Positions 50,240-60,467 of a stretch of DNA of 64,000 nt are shown here, piece after piece; within the stretch, counting starts at the first letter, position 1, and each line of letters begins with the position of its first letter. The notes below the pieces were generated by a model, which saw only the letters and a program-made list of their open reading frames with translations, was not told the origin of the DNA and did no database searches. The DNA comes from an uncultured virus (IMG/VR IMGVR_UViG_2850943043_000004). Lineage: Duplodnaviria > Heunggongvirae > Uroviricota > Caudoviricetes. The stretch lies in the IMG/VR virus record IMGVR_UViG_2850943043_000004, positions 1 through 64,000 of that record; one strand, 5' to 3'. A program made the position numbers and the translations under genes.

Positions 50240-51987
50240 TCAATTAAAAAAGAACCCAAATGAATACTCTTCATCGGATTCCTCTTTCTCTAAAAATTGA
50301 GCAATGTAATATAAGGCGTAAGCAATCGCACTGTATCTGTCTTTATCGATACGTTTTACAACCTGTTCTACAGTAAAAGAATTTTGGTTTTTCTTGATCC
50401 GTAGGTTGGCCACTTCGTCAATAAACAACTGAGTTTGAACACATGCTGCTTCAACCATAACATCGTCTGCAATGTCTTTTTGGTTTTTGATATCTTCGAA
50501 AGCTTTGAGTAACTTTAACTTCCCCGATTCAACATAGTCTAAAAACTGGGTGATAATATCCTGGTTTATACCTTGTGATTTTAGATTGTAAACGACTTCA
50601 GGTGAATTAGGCACGTCTGGTTTTGATCAGTGTTAATTGTAGCCCAACATCCAAGCTCTTCATTTGTTTCAGGATCAGTAACATCTTCTAATAATCGGTC
50701 GATTAATCCACCGCCGACTCCATTACCATCAACAACAACAGCTTTGACTCTAGAGAGTGAGAGGTCTTGGTTTCCGCCATAATTTTTAAATACTCTTTTC
50801 ACCATGATGGATTGTTCCTTAAAGCTTAATCCATTAGGTGGTTCAATGATATTAACTACTTGAACTTGTCTAATAAGGTTGTTACTATTCCTAATAATTT
50901 TTAAAACAATAATAGCCGTTTTGTTGTTTGACTCAGCTGCAGAACGTGCAACGTCTACACCAATAACATACTCATTAAGCAAAAAGTTTTTGTTTTTATC
51001 CCGAGGACAAGATAGCTCTGGTTGTGTAATAGTTCTGGCTTTAATTAATTTACTGATGTTGATTAAGGCTCCGTCACTTGCACCAATCCAATCACAAAGG
51101 TAATTTTGTCGAAAACGGGTAACGTTTCCTTGTCTGGCTTTATTAATCGTGGACATTTTTTGACGACCAAAGTGGATAGGAATTCTCCAATCAGATCCAA
51201 ACACAAAGGAGCCTTTCAAGTCACCAGTTTCTTTAACCATAGTAAGAATCTTTTCGTATTCATCAGAGTTTTTGTATCCTGATGTTGAAAAACGGTTTAT
51301 TTGACCATTTAATTCTGCAGGATCAATTTCACCAGTCATTGTAGTTCGTGGAATATTGAATATTGGTTCAATGGCATCATCATAGAGATCTTTATCGATT
51401 AATGCAGATTCTTCAAGAGAGCCACGTCTTCTACGTAATCCCTTTGAAGATTGGGCATTGGCTAGGTTATCGATAATTGCGCCATTTTGAAATTCAACTC
51501 TTCCAGTATCTTTGGAAAAACTTTCGCTTTTGATTTCATCTGCAATAGAAGGATAGAACCTTAAAATTTCATCATGTTTTTCTTTCCAAATTTTAACCGC
51601 AGATTCTTTGGTTGAAGCGGTTATTGCTAATGTGACATTTGGGAAGCAGATTGCTGTATGGTACGCAACCATGATTTGAGTGAGGGTTTTTGATCCACCG
51701 CGAGGAATACAGAAGTAATTTTGAGGGAAGCGACTTAGGGTTCTCATCATAACTCTTTGGTATAAATCAAGTTCAATTCCACCAACTTCGGGTTTTAACA
51801 TGTCATAAAAAATATCAGGATAAAAACGAATGAAGGAGGTGAATTCTGCCCATTTTGAAATGTTTTTCTGTATTAAGTTAGAGCTATCATTGGGATTTAC
51901 TGGAGTTTCAAATGAGGATTCATAAATATCTGTTCGATTTTTTGTATGTTTATTGTTCTTAGAGGTGAAGTTTTTGTAGCTTGCCAT
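50240..51987 (-). CDS. yonF: Terminase large subunit (frameshift near 50625)
   Basis: IPRGGSKT Walker A, LEESA Walker B, FSTSG; nuclease GVDVA...KDRYSA. Confidence 0.9.
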
Positions 51988-52982
51988 TATTCTTCATCCC
52001 CAGTGTCGTAAAGTGGCTCTTTATACACATCTTCTAAGTCACGGAAAACGTTATTTCGTGCTTTTTTCAAGTTTTCAATTTCTTCTGTAGTTAGCCCCTT
52101 TGATTTGAAATCTTCTTCGAGCATCTCATCGTAAAAATGATATATGTCTTTATAAGCTACCTTTTCTTTATCCTCTAGTCTTCTGTAATAATTGATTATG
52201 GCCCAAATGATTAAATCAGCATCATCGTAAGGTTGAGCGGTTAGGCGGGGAAGGAGAGGGATGATGCCTAATTCAGTTTCAACTGCTTCGAAGAGTTGTG
52301 AAAGCACATCCACACCGCCACTAATATCGCTTTTGCTTAACTGAGAAACGTTGATCTTTGCGTCAGTAGCTGCTTTTGAAGCCATTTGACCCCACTCTTT
52401 AGCTTCCTTTACTTCACCCTTAGCTGTAGCTAGTTCTTCTTTGACACGAAAGCGAATATAGGAGAGTAATCCCTCAGTATGGAGAGCGGTTTTTTCTCCA
52501 TAATTTCGAATGAGTTTGTTGTACTTCCTTTCAAACTGGTGGTATTCATCGGGTGTATATCCAATTCCCCATTTATCAATTATTTCATCTGAGACTTGTT
52601 CTACTGAATCACGCTGAGTTTCGGCAGCAATAGCTTTTTCTTGTTGTTGTTCTAGAATACTGTCCTTCCAACCAGTTCCATTAAACTGCTTTAGGGAATT
52701 TGCCATTGTCATATATGCACTAAATGTGTCAGTTTTTCTTTGAACTGCTTGCTCCCAGTATAAAGGATCAAATTTGACATCGATTTGCTGTAAGACGGTG
52801 TATACAGAGTCCATGTTGCTGTAATCAATATTTTTCTTGAGACAAGATTTACAAATTGGTACTTTTCCTATTTTTTCGTAAAGCTTGCTGCGGGAATTAT
52901 AAAAGCCAGAATCTTTGTCTTTTTCCTTTTGACATGCAGCACATAACAGTTTTTCTTTTTCTTTAGGTTTCCGACCCACCAT
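51987..52982 (-). CDS. yonG: Zn-finger protein, probable terminase small subunit
   Basis: CAAC...CKSC; immediately upstream of terL; SD GGAGGTGG. Confidence 0.65.
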   Translation of the reverse strand: MVGRKPKEKEKLLCAACQKEKDKDSGFYNSRSKLYEKIGKVPICKSCLKKNIDYSNMDSVYTVLQQIDVKFDPLYWEQAVQRKTDTFSAYMTMANSLKQFNGTGWKDSILEQQQEKAIAAETQRDSVEQVSDEIIDKWGIGYTPDEYHQFERKYNKLIRNYGEKTALHTEGLLSYIRFRVKEELATAKGEVKEAKEWGQMASKAATDAKINVSQLSKSDISGGVDVLSQLFEAVETELGIIPLLPRLTAQPYDDADLIIWAIINYYRRLEDKEKVAYKDIYHFYDEMLEEDFKSKGLTTEEIENLKKARNNVFRDLEDVYKEPLYDTGDEE

Positions 52983-53083
52983 TCCACCTCCATAAAGTTG
53001 ATGTAAACACATTTTATGAAACGCCCAGCAATAGAGCGGAAGGGGAGTACCACAATCATCACTGGACGTTCTAAAAAAGTATT

Positions 53084-53560
53084 TTATTTATAAGTTAAGG
53101 CACCATTTTCGGACAAAACAACCTTGGTTCCTTTTAAGGTATCAGCAAGAGCATCAAGCAAACCTTTTCCAATACCGTTTGCATCAATTATTAATTTACT
53201 CGGTCGTTTGTCTATAATTACGGCTTTTATTTGACTAGCCTGATGTTTAAACGTTCCATATTCCACTTTCTTTGAGATGTCCTCAATACGGGAATTGTAT
53301 AAATCAATAATTAAAAAGGTTGTTTCTTCTCTTCCAGGATTAATTACAGCAATTCTTTCAGGATTATAGCCCGAGCTCAATGTGTAGCTATTTCCGTTTA
53401 AGGGTTTAGTATGTTCACTTTTAGTGTTTTTCTCAAATCCCATGCTTTTATGCAGACTTGTTAGGGCGTCTTTTAATTCCCTGTTACACAGATAACCACT
53501 ATCATTAATTTCTTTTAGTAGCTTTACATATTCCCAAAGAACTTTAGTTTCTTCTTTCAA
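53084..53560 (-). CDS. Hypothetical protein with terminase-nuclease-like C-terminus
   Basis: FKHQASQIK...IIDANGIGKGLLDAL. Confidence 0.65.
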   Translation of the reverse strand: MKEETKVLWEYVKLLKEINDSGYLCNRELKDALTSLHKSMGFEKNTKSEHTKPLNGNSYTLSSGYNPERIAVINPGREETTFLIIDLYNSRIEDISKKVEYGTFKHQASQIKAVIIDKRPSKLIIDANGIGKGLLDALADTLKGTKVVLSENGALTYK

Positions 53561-53597
53561 TCTTCCTCATCCTCATCTTTATAAAATTAAAGTTTTA

Positions 53598-54053
53598 TCA
53601 ATAGTGAATTTTAAAAAATTCTTTATCTACTGGGTTCACTTTAAAAATCAAGTCTAAACCCGATACTTCTCCGTTAACCCCTTTTAATTCAGCTCTAGAA
53701 ATAATTTCTACATTGTTAAATTCTAAGGTAACTCTATGGGCCTCTGATGACTCAGGGCGAGAACCGACAGTTTCAGCCAACAGTTTGAATTCATGCTTAG
53801 GTGTCTCAGTTAAAACAGAAATATATTGTTTCTTTCCCAACTTTGATTCAAAGGAGGTAGGAGCTTTATAATCACCTAAAAATTTAAGCACCTCAAAATT
53901 TAGCAGAGCATTCTTTGCAAAAATCAAATACGTTTCATGTTCATCACTATAAAAAATTTCAACATCTTGAAGTGTTGTTAAATCAACTAAAGATTCCTCA
54001 GTTTTTCTATCATACAAGTGAAGGTTATACACTTCATGCATTGCTAAATCCAA
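53598..54053 (-). CDS. Hypothetical phage protein
   Basis: TTG 54053 after AAGGAGG. Confidence 0.6.
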   Translation of the reverse strand: MDLAMHEVYNLHLYDRKTEESLVDLTTLQDVEIFYSDEHETYLIFAKNALLNFEVLKFLGDYKAPTSFESKLGKKQYISVLTETPKHEFKLLAETVGSRPESSEAHRVTLEFNNVEIISRAELKGVNGEVSGLDLIFKVNPVDKEFFKIHY

Positions 54054-54066
54054 GCAGGTTCCTCCT

Positions 54067-55264
54067 TTAGTTTTTATTTTTAAAACGAATAATGTATGTA
54101 GCTTCAACACCGTCATCATTAAATACCATAAACTTTTGAGACGGTTTCGTACCAAAGCGACCCTGCATAGCATAATCATCAGCGCCAACAAGCGCTCCGT
54201 TTACAACAACTGTTGTGCTGCCATATTCTTTTTCATAGTTGTGATGAATATGACCACCAGATATGTAAGAAGGTATATAGCCAAGTAATTGAGGTAGGCG
54301 GGTTACGCATTGATCAACACGATCATAGTGACCGTGGACAAACACGACTTTATGATTGTTGATTTTAGCGGGGATAAAGCCATCTTGTTCCGATTCAATT
54401 GAAATGTTTTTAATATCTCTTAATCTAGCTTCGAGATACCAATTAATGAGGTATTCAAAGTTTTCTTTAATCCCGACATCATTTTTAGAAGGGGAGAGGC
54501 GACCGTGATTGCCTGCTACGTTGTAGAACTTAACTTCTTGAAACTCACTTGCCAACATCGTTAAAACCTCAGCAAGCGTTTCTGATACATATTTAATTTG
54601 TTCTACAGCATCTTCATTAGCCTGAACTCTCGTTGAAACATGTATAAGACCTCCAATTAAATCGCCAAGATTTGCAACGTGTAATGTGGAGACATGATTC
54701 TTCTTTCCATACTCAATTACTTTGTTTGTGAGATGCTCAACTCGTTCATCGAATATTTTTTATTGAACTTATTTATGCGGTTATCGATTTCCATTCCGAA
54801 GTGCCAGTCACTGAATAAAGCAAGCCCATGCTTTTCAGCAGCTGCAGGGAGGGGGTAAGTGAAACGAAGAGGTCTTTTGGATTCTAAATTAACAATAGCT
54901 TGGACTACGTCATCCTTGATTTTCTCAAAGCGAGCTTGATTCGCTATACTTTTTCTGTATTCTCTTTTTGATCACGAGTTCTAATCTTTTCCTTTTCAGA
55001 TTGAAGTCGCACTTCTTCGTATTTCCTTAGAATTTCTTCATCCAAATTCTTGGACATTATGTAATCATTCCAACGTTCATATTGCTTAAAGTCTTTGCGC
55101 CATTTACTCTCATCATAATTTGTACCTTGATCTTTGTTTAAAAGAGCAGCAATGGTTTTAGTATCAATGTGATAAGTGTCTTTGTTTTTGAAAAGTCTAA
55201 TATGATAATCAGTAAATGATTCGTCTTTTTCTCGTTGTAAAACAGGATCTAAAATAGCTGTCAT
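54067..55264 (-). CDS. yonJ: Metallophosphoesterase YonJ (frameshifts)
   Basis: SDWHFG, LGDL, GNHGR, VHGH, GHIHH motifs. Confidence 0.85.
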
Positions 55265-55275
55265 TCAGTCACCGC

Positions 55276-55460
55276 CTACTCATTGATTTGTGGAAGTTCG
55301 TCTTCTTCGGTAATAGAAATTTTCACTTTCCGACCGTCAAATGATTTTAAAATTGAATTCAGATCATAACGCTCGATGTCTGTTTTGTTTCTTCTTCAAT
55401 AATTCCATCAATATAAGTATAGTTTCCTTTTAAATTTACTGTATGAACTTTCTTAGCCAA
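55276..55460 (-). CDS. yonK: YonK-family protein (frameshift)
   Basis: TTG start; MAKKVHTVNLKG...YDLNSILKSFDGRKVKISITEEDELP. Confidence 0.75.
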
Positions 55461-55493
55461 ATTAAATTCCTCCAATATGTGTTTTATTTACGT

Positions 55494-57114
55494 ACAATAA
55501 GCTCCTTCGGAAGCCCGATGATCCGAAGCATCGGTAACGTCCGAAAAGGGATATAAAGGAGATGAAAAGATAAGTCGGATAGGCGTTGGGGAAACGCCCG
55601 AAGGAGATTATTGTTAACTTGCGTACCGGAAGGATCGTAAGCACATTCCGGCTGATCGGTAAAGTAAAACGCAAGCACAAAAAGGCCTTCTAGCAATTTA
55701 GATGACCTTGTTCTGACTGCATCCTAACCCCGTTTCACCTACGTCAGTAGCTCACGTAGGAACGAAAGCCTTCAGATCGACAGGGAATACGCTGATTACG
55801 GGTTCAGCGACTGAAACCTTTGTAGTCGACAAACTATAAGTAAGCCGAAAATAACAAAAGACGCCAAATAACGTCTTCAGAAACTCTTTGTACATCATGG
55901 TACATGAGCATAAAAGGCTGGTTATCGCTGTGCGAAATCCAACTGGCTCCTTCTACACATGGCAGATGAGCTATGACAACAAATAATACACACTTCCTGG
56001 AATGTGTTTAAAGTTCCTATTACCTACATCTTATATATCAAGTTTTTATGTTGCTCGCCAACTGCTCAGCAGAGTCTGAAAGCCGAGGAAAAATAATTTG
56101 AGAAGTAAAGACCCATTATAAGCCTTCTCAATGGCATTTTCAGTCTCTCTTGTCAGGTTACACGCCTTATTGAGAAACAAAGCGTCTCAAACGCTCGCCA
56201 TTTATTTTGCACAGTTTTCTCTGACCCGTGTAAGGAGGTATGTGCATGGGAAAGGTAAGTCTCCATTCAGAACATTGAAGGAGAAGTAGCGAATAAATAG
56301 TGAATATGTTCCTAAGTGAAAATGAAAAGACAAGACCGAAAATAATCCTTTTCTGTGAAATGAGAGCGGTGATCAAGCGCCCAAACCCTATTTCACTTAT
56401 TTTACGAGTATAGAAGACTCGCTAACCCGGAAAATTTTTATGTGGCCGCATAATAAGCATCAAAGCTTACAAGGGCATTATTTAAAGGGAAGGGAGACGC
56501 ATCTACCTTACCTAAGTGCAAGCCGAAGCATTACACCGCAATTAATATTCAGGCTACATGTCACCCATAGTAAGACTGTGATGGGATTCACCCTACAAAA
56601 CAGCAATTTTTCAGCTTGAGTAGCATAGGTCTTACCAACATGTTTAGCCCGATAATAGTCATTTACCTGTCTCCTTTAGATACAGACATCCGAGTTAACC
56701 TCGCATCCTCATAAATGACCATTATCCGACTAACTACAATGACCAACCGCAGTTTGAGTCAGAATGATACAGAAAATAGGGGAGTAGATATTGTTTAATC
56801 AAGAAAAGCTAGTCCACACTGGAGAGGAATCTCCACTAATATTCATTTAGATTAGTCTTTACCTTCATAAATGAACATTAGTCGAGAACTGATATCCCAA
56901 ATATCAGTAATCAACTAATTATTGACGGCATCCCCATGCCATCAATAAAGAACTCTAATTAATAAACCTGGAGATGAAATGCGGGAGAGGATTTGCACCT
57001 CTCATGGATGACAATTCGCCAACTATTAGTCTTCTCTTGAAGGTCGACCTCGAGATTCCCGAAGGTCAGTCATACCACCTCGATCTACGCGTTTACCTTT
57101 TCGCCACCGCATTC
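55494..57114 (-). ncRNA. Candidate large structured non-coding RNA (single RNA or array)
   Basis: About 1.6 kb without credible ORF; many nested inverted repeats; + strand A-C mismatches become G-U pairs on - strand. Confidence 0.65.
56975..57114 (-). ncRNA. tRNA-like element lacking a normal anticodon arm
   Basis: Acceptor AATGCGG/CCGCATT, UG linker, D arm GCG-AAAAGGTAAA-CGC, T arm GAGAGG-TGCAAAT-CCTCTC. Confidence 0.65.
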
Positions 57115-57140
57115 TAGGGAAAAGGGAGGAAGATATTACA

Positions 57141-57414
57141 TTAAGCTTTCACTGCGTCTTTAGAGCTTTTGCAGCTTTGAAGGCAGGTGCCTTTGTAGCA
57201 GGAATATCAATTTCCTCACCCGATTGTGGATTTCTTCCTTTACGGGCTGCACGTTCACGAACTTCAAATGTTCCAACTCCAGGAACCTTAATTGATTCAC
57301 CTTTTGTTAGTGTTTCAACGATGACATTAAATACTGCTTCAACTTTTGGCGTAGCTTCTTTCTTAGTAACTCCTAATTTTCTGCAACTGCTCCAACAAAT
57401 TCTGTTTTGTTCAT
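57141..57414 (-). CDS. yonN: HU-family DNA-binding protein (two frameshifts; absent from ORF track)
   Basis: [12 protein letters not shown]...[28 protein letters not shown]. Confidence 0.9.
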
Positions 57415-57661
57415 GTTTTAATTCCTCCTAGTGATTTTATTTATTTTGTGTTAAAGTATAATTACGGTAACGTTTGTGATTTTTGAAAAAACGGGAGACT
57501 TACTCACCCTTTTATGTGGAAATTAGCTTTCTTTCTCCCTTATGGCGATTATCTCAAAAGAGGCTTCCAGAACAGTCGTATCAAGGGTTTAAGGCACTTT
57601 TTTGTTGAACTTTTTCGGTAAAATTGCTGTACCCCTTGGGGAGTAAGGCTGAAGGGACTTT

Positions 57662-60179
57662 CTATTTTTCTTCTTTCCTCCATTTATCCCTTTTCCACTT
57701 GTTTTTTGCTTTTGTGCTATTTTCTTGGCGCAGGTTGGACAATATTTCGCCTTGTTCGATGCTGATTTGAACATCTTACCGCAACTACAGCATCCTCTAT
57801 AAGTCTTTAAGTTATGTCTTAGATTCTCTAATAGAGTCTCGCCAAAGCACTCCCATAATGTTGATTTAAATCTGCTTTTCTTTTTATATAAATGCTTAAC
57901 CAAAACATCAGAAACATATTGCTCGTCGTTGTGAACCTTCATCAATCTGTCTTTTATAACCTTATAAACATAAAGTTTTTGTCCAGGCTTAATGTCTTCA
58001 TCATTCATCAGCCATTTCTTGTTCTGGTCTAAACGTTTGTATTCACTAATAATTGCATCGTCCACTTTAATCTCCTTGTTCTTAAGCAGGAAACGATAAT
58101 CGAACTTTCCTGCAACAGCTGCGAAATTAATTCGATCAGAAGGATAATGGAGTCTAACTTATTTACTGTACTTTCATTAATCGATTCTACGCTATGTTCT
58201 TCTTTATCCTTTGCATTGATGAAAAGTGGGCACTTTATTTTTATGTAGTCTTTGATTTTCTCATCAACATGATCAGGGCGGGTGGGCATGAATAAGGTTT
58301 TTGCAAAATCGATAGTAAAGTTATTCTCCATGCATAACCATTTGATCACGTCCAGGTTTATATTGTCACTGTTCCATATCTTAGTGATATTGTTACTGTA
58401 CTCCCCGATATTGATTCCATAAGCAAGAGTTAGTGCTTCATAGATGTTTCTGCTATTAATCTCTTGTTTCTGGGCTACAGACATTTCATAATACAAAGGA
58501 ACGATGTTCTCCATATTACGTTTGGCAATATTGACGATTAACTCATCAGAAATAATTAAGGCCTTATCCCCGTCATTGTCAAACTGCAGCAGCTTGGATA
58601 TCGGATCATGAATGCTGGTATAAACACCTGGGGTAATGAACCACTTTTCATATTCCTCGTCTTTCTTGTTCCATCTAACTCCATGTTCTCTGTATAGGTG
58701 AGGGAGCGGAGGATATCAATATGCCCTTCATCATATAAAGAACAATAAACATTGCTGCCGGTGAGAAGTCCTTTTGGATTCTCAATTCCAAGAAACAGTC
58801 TTTCACAAAAAGCATATAGATCAGGACATAAATATGTATACCTAGCATCACTGACAAGTAATTTTCCTGATTTGGCGTCCTTAATCATACTCTTCTTCTT
58901 ATTCTTAATGATTTCTTTGGTGTGATCATCATTTAGCAGCTCAGGATATATTAGTAGAGCTTTTTGAAGGCTTGTCTTATGTTTATTTTTCTCGGTAGCC
59001 CCCAAAACTTTCATCATTGTTTCTTTATCAGTGCCTAATTGAGTAATCTCACTAACAGTCTTTGAGCTGATTTGTTTTAATTCCTCATCTGTGATATCAG
59101 TGAGTGTTTGTAGCATCTGGTAAGTCAGTTTTCCCTCAACAGATGGATCTTCTTCATTTAATTTAGCTCCTAAACATCCATACTTTTTAAATTTAGAGCG
59201 ATAATCATCCCAAGAACCATAGTACTTCCACATCTTAAACTGGCTTTTCGTAAAAATTATTTGGATATCATCTTTAATAATGTCCCATTCCTTACCGTAG
59301 ACGTCCTTAACTATAAATGAACTGTGTTTTTCAGCAAACTTTCTAAAATCAAATGGAACTAGTAGACCCTTAACCCAAGGCAATCTGACCATAAAGCTTT
59401 TCTGGCTCAAACTAGGAAGCATCATTCCGCAACCATCTGTATGTTCTATAGGAATATCCATAACTTTACGAGTGATTTCATATGTATCACGGTCAATATA
59501 ATCAACCTGGCTGGTAACGTTTGTTTCTAAGTCATTTACGACAATTGTTTTATCAATATCAATTTTCCATGGACTGCTGGCGCTATTAGATAAGGCCATG
59601 TAGCTATTCCATTTGTTTATGCTGCTTCCACCTTGAGCATTGATTTGCTCCACACTAAGGCCACAAGTTAAAGCATTTTGATACTTATCTAAGGTGCTTT
59701 GCTTGATAAAACAAGATTTTTGGTTCGTATTTGACCGGCACTGCTAGTGAAATAAACGTATTTCTCATTGTTATGTATGAATCCTTTATCAATAATGTCC
59801 CTTAAAATTTGAAAGTGATAAGTTTGGACAACCATGATCTCTTCAGAGAGAGAGTTTTCTTTGATTCCCAACGTTCGAGTTAAGACTGAATCAAATAATG
59901 AAATCACATTATTATCTTTCAGGGAATCTGTTCTAAGTGTTCTTATTTGATTATGATTGTTAAAGGCGTTATAAAGATTTTCTTTTAAGGAAATAATCCT
60001 TTGCGTTATGTACTTCTTATGTTTTTTATCAACATGTTCAAGTTTTTGAGATGATCTCTGTACCTATATGATTTTAAAATCTTGTTATGTAATTTGTTTT
60101 CTTGATCATTATAAAAAGCAGAAGTATCAATACTGTAAATATGTACTTGCTTATTTAGGCCATCTTTTTTTCCTTTCAA
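57662..60179 (-). CDS. yonO: Single-subunit two-barrel RNA polymerase YonO (several frameshifts)
   Basis: TDGCG, RLPWVKG and catalytic QFDNDGD (DNDGD at 58566-58580); C-terminal Zn ribbon. Confidence 0.9.
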
Positions 60180-60217
60180 TAAATTCTCCCCTTATTACTT
60201 TTATGCATATTTTTGAT

Positions 60218-60412
60218 TTAATAGTCGCTTTTTAGATACTTATGTACAAGATTTTTGTATGTATAGCTCTGTTTATCGATTGTTCCAAAAAGTTTATAGT
60301 CCTCATAAAGAGTATTTTCTTCTTGTGAAGCAGTTCCTTCAATAATAGTAGTCTCTAAAAATCCAATTAAATTACTAAACATGTACGTTACTTTCTTTGA
60401 ATCCTTTTGCAT
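60218..60412 (-). CDS. yonP: Small hypothetical protein YonP
   Basis: 64 aa, SD GAGGAGGTG, upstream of yonO. Confidence 0.7.
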   Translation of the reverse strand: MQKDSKKVTYMFSNLIGFLETTIIEGTASQEENTLYEDYKLFGTIDKQSYTYKNLVHKYLKSDY

Positions 60413-60437
60413 TATCTCACCTCCTCACCCATGAGAT

Positions 60438-60467
60438 AATTATATACATATTATTTGTATTTGTCTA
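60438..60467 (-). promoter_or_regulatory. SigA-type promoter of yonP-yonO with operator-like palindrome in the spacer
   Basis: TAGACA-17 nt-TATAAT on - strand; ATACA-N7-TGTAT in spacer. Confidence 0.7.

Noticed and set aside
55462..56376. Short ORFs 55462-55680, 55484-55696 and 56167-56376 as genes
   Set aside because: No SD, atypical composition, overlap dense RNA stems
56975..57114. Functional tRNA, tmRNA or intron-containing tRNA
   Set aside because: No anticodon stem-loop; too short for tmRNA or a group I intron; no G3-U70 alanine identity; kept only as tRNA-like
57177..57431. + strand 84-aa ORF
   Set aside because: Antisense shadow of the frameshifted HU gene
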